NCBI GenBank assembly: GCA_002633005.1
Contig: NMRA01000237.1
Coordinates: 62,001-126,000 of the forward strand
Direction of reading: 5' to 3'
Source of the DNA: Phoronis australis
Lineage: Eukaryota; Animalia; Phoronida
Length of the DNA: 64,000 nucleotides
Position 1 is the first letter of the stretch, and each line of letters starts with the position of its first letter. Position numbers and translations under genes: made by a program. Below, piece after piece: positions 62,201-64,000 of the stretch. The notes under the pieces were generated by a model. It was not told the origin of the DNA. It ran no database searches and saw only the letters and a program-made list of their open reading frames with translations.

Positions 62201-63183
62201 TTAGATAGTAACAAGCTTTTTTATTGGTGTTGAACTTTGTTCCAGGTAATGTTCATCTTTGGGCCAGTTGTTGTTAAACTTTGAACTAATTATTGAAGAA
62301 CATTTGGGAATTGGTGTTAAAGTTTGGCCCAATTGATGTTAAATTTTGAACCAGTGAATAACGCTGAATGGGCTTCAGCAAATTGGTGCTAAACTTTTGG
62401 CCAATGGATTTTGACGTTTGGGATGGGCCAGTTGGTATTAAATTTAGGCCAGTTTGTGCTATTCTGTGGTCCTCTATGTGTTTAATTTAGCACCAGTTAG
62501 TCGTTTTTTGCCTGCAGATGTTGCCATATTCGTGCCTAATTAAATTGGCGCACCTATCTTTGATGCTGCAAATAGTGAAATGTACGAGTTGAGTGTGTAT
62601 TCTGTGGATGGATTGAACATAGGCAGAATGATATATCATGCTTTTCAGTTACTCGTTTAACTAATTTAACCTTGTGCGGCTCCCGGAAAAAATGTAAAAG
62701 TTAACAAATGCTTTTAAGGAATCAATGAAAAATCTAGCAAGCGTTTGATCTTGGCATTGTCCACTCATGATGTATCACCATTCAATAGTCAGATTGTAAT
62801 GCTTTTGGCAGTTTTGAAAGTTGTGTCCCTCATGATTCATCTTTCTCCAGCTGATTTTGAGAGTTGTCCCCCCTTGTGATTCATCCCCCTGTCTCCACTA
62901 GATTGTTACTCAGCACAATTGGACCCGGCTCGAGATCCGCGAGACCTACCCAGAAGACACCGGCCTCTACAGTGTAGTTCTCAAAAACTCAGCTGGTGAG
63001 ACTCGCTCATCATGTCACGTGACCGTGGACAACACGATGTCGACGGCCAGTGAGGACATGACGTCGGACGTCGATGCGGAGCCGGTGGCGCCACGTTTCT
63101 TGCAGGGCCTTCATGACCGTGAGGCGATGGAAGGCAGCAAGGTTCGACTGGATTGTGTGATTGTTGGGCATCCAGAGCCAGAG
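23112..63183 (+). CDS. Titin/Sallimus(Zormin)-like spectrin-repeat plus I-set Ig protein with a CCDC141-like N-terminus; 27 exons in window (two probably alternative), continues past the window end
   Basis: N-terminus STTTISTIAIKAGNSKIILAILK, then MEPDLMEVG, VYEAMADTLGEAW and LELLHDRRRHLE, resemble recalled CCDC141 motifs; C-terminal part has I-set Ig domains including VRLDCVIVGHPEPE as recalled in arthropod Sls/Zormin; all phases compatible. Confidence 0.9.
24236..24545. repeat. 34-bp minisatellite ctctgttcatatgttctgaggcctaagtata(g/c)tg x9
   Basis: Direct inspection. Confidence 0.95.
26123..26917. repeat. 66-bp minisatellite x12, highly homogeneous
   Basis: Unit ttgtggcactatatatcatttatgaataaaggagaaaatataatttcacctgtatatggtaaagca. 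Confidence 0.97.
28359..28720. mobile_element. Long-TIR palindromic MITE, copy 2 (interior inverted relative to copy 1, internally deleted)
   Basis: gccattcacattcagtgttc...cgccctcactcaatgcaca is the reverse complement of about 5397-5440; same termini. Confidence 0.75.
31300..31352 (+). mobile_element. tRNA-derived SINE fragment
   Basis: agcactagaccggcaatctagagacctgtggttcgattctcag, B-box-like. Confidence 0.4.
33857..33907. repeat. 17-bp tandem repeat acggcttgttgatgagc x3
   Basis: Direct inspection. Confidence 0.85.
35125..35247 (+). CDS. Spectrin exon SEEWIRVRIQQMEPDLMEVGSTLEEALQLQEEHSQLLMRLN
   Basis: ttttcag acceptor, aat|gtaagt donor, 123 nt phase 0-0. Confidence 0.92.
38060..38130 (+). 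mobile_element. tRNA-derived SINE head
   Basis: ggcagtgtggcctagtgg A box and ggttcgagtt B-box-like; same A-box context as 11545-11605. Confidence 0.55.
38486..40098 (+). mobile_element. Non-autonomous Kolobok-type DNA transposon (about 1.6 kb) carrying a THAP-domain remnant
   Basis: TTAA|AGGAGAATGCCACCC ... GGGTAGCATTCTCCT|TTAA: TTAA TSD, AGGRR termini, 14/15 TIR. Confidence 0.85.
38650..38870 (+). pseudogene. Frameshifted THAP (C2CH zinc finger) domain inside the transposon
   Basis: CIVPSC...FFLLP...RKWL...RVCGRHFVDSDF matches THAP consensus; ATG at 38650 (MPLYC) is out of frame with CIVPSC. Confidence 0.8.
41328..41519 (+). CDS. Spectrin exon AKQDEIRELL...VYEAMADTLGEAWKDLNAQLELRRQLLEQSVNFHRDANQ
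   Basis: 192 nt phase 0-0, canonical splice sites. Confidence 0.93.
41752..41860 (+). CDS. Spectrin exon FSSRMQEAIERFSHVTVAQDVETATQLLRQHQDIKK
   Basis: 109 nt phase 0-1; DVETAxxLLxQH spectrin motif. Confidence 0.9.
42970..43214 (+). CDS. Spectrin exon AILESSMHTLSQG...LEQCLQLCQLDREIKK
   Basis: 245 nt phase 1-0. Confidence 0.93.
43308..43344. other. Assembly gap (N run) adjacent to poly-G
   Basis: 37 N characters; a single N also lies in a poly-G run at 9424. Confidence 0.99.
43473..43592 (+). CDS. Spectrin exon IMDWYHGTGDPYVRQTYLGDSLSSTQQLCEEHHKFEIHAK
   Basis: 120 nt phase 0-0, aag|gtaaga donor; not in the ORF track. Confidence 0.9.
43688..44040. repeat. Degenerate minisatellite, unit about 31 bp, aacagttatcatgatttcacccaaatgaatgtta
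   Basis: Direct inspection, about 10 decayed units. Confidence 0.8.
44604..44795 (+). CDS. Spectrin exon DIQETVMRVIRTADHL...FFGLAQN
   Basis: 192 nt phase 0-0. Confidence 0.9.
45052..45249 (+). CDS. Spectrin exon ALSKLDQIQGDL...GAEGVVRK
   Basis: 198 nt phase 0-0. Confidence 0.9.
45736..45849 (+). CDS. Spectrin exon MSELESRSSNLEQLC...FNDKYTS
   Basis: 114 nt phase 0-0, agt|gtaagt donor. Confidence 0.88.
46194..46316 (+). CDS. Spectrin exon MYTWLRHVGEAALSQHRDLGTTLNTAKDFLDVHEQLEEDIR
   Basis: 123 nt phase 0-0. Confidence 0.92.
47357..47548 (+). CDS. Spectrin exon GRDKELDTLGQ...YVTFHKQANQ
   Basis: 192 nt phase 0-0. Confidence 0.92.
48078..48239 (+). CDS. Spectrin exon LGIELDGLEDLLNR...GHKFLQETQR
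   Basis: 162 nt phase 0-0, ccatag acceptor, agg|gtgggt donor. Confidence 0.85.
49049..49228 (+). CDS. Spectrin exon IQDDEKLEPKRA...WTQFVEESRK
   Basis: 180 nt phase 0-0; AAG acceptor, so the exact start is less certain. Confidence 0.85.
50697..50822 (+). CDS. Alternative spectrin exon A TVDWAMRKEDEFFPAIAGELGTTLESTLECQHRVDEFEPVCK
   Basis: 126 nt phase 0-0; paralogous to exon 51110-51238. Confidence 0.85.
51110..51238 (+). CDS. Alternative spectrin exon B TIDWVMKTEKEMFAPYIAGDLGKSLEATERMQAKMQEFMPKSQ
   Basis: 129 nt phase 0-0; paralogous to exon 50697-50822. Confidence 0.85.
51735..51923 (+). CDS. Spectrin exon EVQQRIERHLQEAEEL...QFYKNLKQ
   Basis: 189 nt phase 0-0. Confidence 0.92.
52422..52598 (+). 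CDS. Spectrin exon LDEVIARTEVEY...GEQIVVRVRQQ
   Basis: 177 nt phase 0-0. Confidence 0.9.
53071..53220 (+). CDS. Spectrin exon DSEEAAKEEVQKVL...LCQFKHELRQ
   Basis: 150 nt phase 0-0. Confidence 0.9.
53192..53384 (+). repeat. Tandem duplication (about 97 bp) of an exon 3' end and its donor site
   Basis: tgtgtcagtttaaacacgagctga.gcag...gtgcagtgtcattgagttggg repeated at 53192 and 53289. Confidence 0.88.
54618..54740 (+). CDS. Spectrin exon MNYQMDELNRQLEAKKGNYGNSLSAAMLTDQAYKQFELTIQ
   Basis: 123 nt phase 0-0; not in the ORF track. Confidence 0.9.
55227..55418 (+). CDS. Spectrin exon VLDTKLQRFLSTADILIKNKHFD...SVEFFEVVEE
   Basis: 192 nt phase 0-0, gag|gtgagt donor; not in the ORF track. Confidence 0.92.
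56698..56881 (+). CDS. Spectrin exon TEHWVKEANQML...LAERLY
   Basis: 184 nt phase 0-1. Confidence 0.9.
57800..57918 (+). CDS. Last spectrin-region exon GPQGRQRIEPLLAKNRDVIELFDRANKDMTILKANLQGPP
   Basis: 119 nt phase 1-0; weak donor ccg|gtatag. Confidence 0.8.
58327..58550 (+). CDS. Linker plus start of Ig domain 1 (EVVDGVDVV...QPPRFTKHLKNTDIFEGE)
   Basis: phase 0-2; PPxF...L....V/I.EG I-set start. Confidence 0.88.
59176..59399 (+). CDS. I-set Ig domain 1 remainder FVFECRVDS...WFKDG...EDTARYTCRATNEAG
   Basis: phase 2-1; canonical C, W and D-x-A/G-x-Y-x-C motifs. Confidence 0.95.
59966..60262 (+). CDS. I-set Ig domain 2 (PPDFTKNL...LECHVTGTPTPSISWYKD...YTCRASNAGGEA)
   Basis: 297 nt phase 1-1 whole-domain exon. 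Confidence 0.95.
61894..62048 (+). CDS. I-set Ig domain 3, N-terminal half (GKKPVFTEPLKDVTVREGKPVELKCAYSGSPAPTIAWLR)
   Basis: phase 1-0. Confidence 0.93.
62150..62495. repeat. Degenerate short-unit tandem repeat (ggccaattggtgttaaacttt-like)
   Basis: Recurrent ttggtgttaaa/ttgatgttaaa motif. Confidence 0.55.
62902..63183 (+). CDS. Ig domain 3 C-terminal half, linker, and start of Ig domain 4 (...PEDTGLYSV...APRFLQGL...VRLDCVIVGHPEPE)
   Basis: 282 nt phase 0-0, gag|gtgagt donor; gene continues beyond the window. Confidence 0.93.
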
Positions 63184-64000
63184 GTGAGTAGAGAGCAGTG
63201 AGGTGACACTTTGGCATGTTGTCCTATTTGCATCACATCTGAAGCACGGGTGGACTAATTCCCATTGGATGGGGCTTTATGATGGTTGTCTTTTTACAAA
63301 AAAATTGGGTGATGGTTTAATAGAGGAATAAGGATGAGAAATCAATAATTTTATTGTACTCCAATGATCTTGTTTGCTTTTTTGTTGTACATTGGGCCGA
63401 TGGCCATGTGTACAAATAAGTAAAGGGAGGAAATATTCAAGGTACCGAATGTTGAAGGCAAGATAGTCTTGAAAGAAGGTTTTTCAGTAGGTGAGGAAAA
63501 GACTCTGATTGACTTACTGACATTCATACACAAGTAGCATGTTATATATTCTGTGGCACATTTAAATCTAAAATCAAGTCAACTTGAGATGGGTAACTCT
63601 GTTGTCTTGCAAAAGGTAGAAAACTGAAAATAGTATTCTTATAGTGTGTATATGTTATAGATAGGCCTTCGGCTCCTTATGCAAAACATCACAGCAAAAT
63701 ACTTTGATGAAAAATTATTTGAAAACAGCTTTCTCTCAATTTATCTTTTTTGCAGGAATTTTTTAATTTTTTTTCAATTAGTGACATCTTCTCCTCATAC
63801 TAAGTATGCAAAATCCTAGTGGGACAATCAATTGTATACCAAGCTGTGGGTTCCACTTACTAGCTGCGAATACTACTAAAATGATGATTAGAAACATTTT
63901 GTACCATACTTAGTGATATTAGCTGTTGACTGTAGTCTTGCCATACCCTTGGCTGTAGGTAATATGGTTCCATAATGCTAAGCCAGTCAAGGAATCCAAG

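Overview
Eukaryotic, intron-rich, AT-rich animal genomic DNA (invertebrate bilaterian; a lophotrochozoan is plausible but not provable here). The + strand carries about 40 GT-AG exons that I assembled by hand with consistent reading frame and intron phase. Exons 827-18342 encode a SESTD1-like protein (C-terminal part of a SEC14/CRAL-TRIO domain plus spectrin repeats; the 5' end lies outside the window). Exons 23112-63183+ encode a protein starting with a CCDC141-type N-terminus, followed by about 10 spectrin repeats and then titin/kettin/Sallimus(Zormin)-type I-set Ig domains, running off the window end. The most notable signal: the last SESTD1 exon has a consensus phase-0 donor before its stop, and a 4-exon spectrin periodicity continues unbroken across the SESTD1/CCDC141 boundary. 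The locus therefore looks like one modular SEC14-spectrin-Ig giant gene with an internal first exon, a fused counterpart of the vertebrate SESTD1-CCDC141-TTN gene trio. Also present: a tandem-duplicated, probably mutually exclusive spectrin exon pair with upstream ACUAAY motifs, a Kolobok-type transposon with a frameshifted THAP domain, several MITEs, tRNA-derived SINE heads and minisatellites. Most ORFs in the supplied track are spurious or are exons with intronic read-through. All homology calls are from recalled sequences, not database searches.
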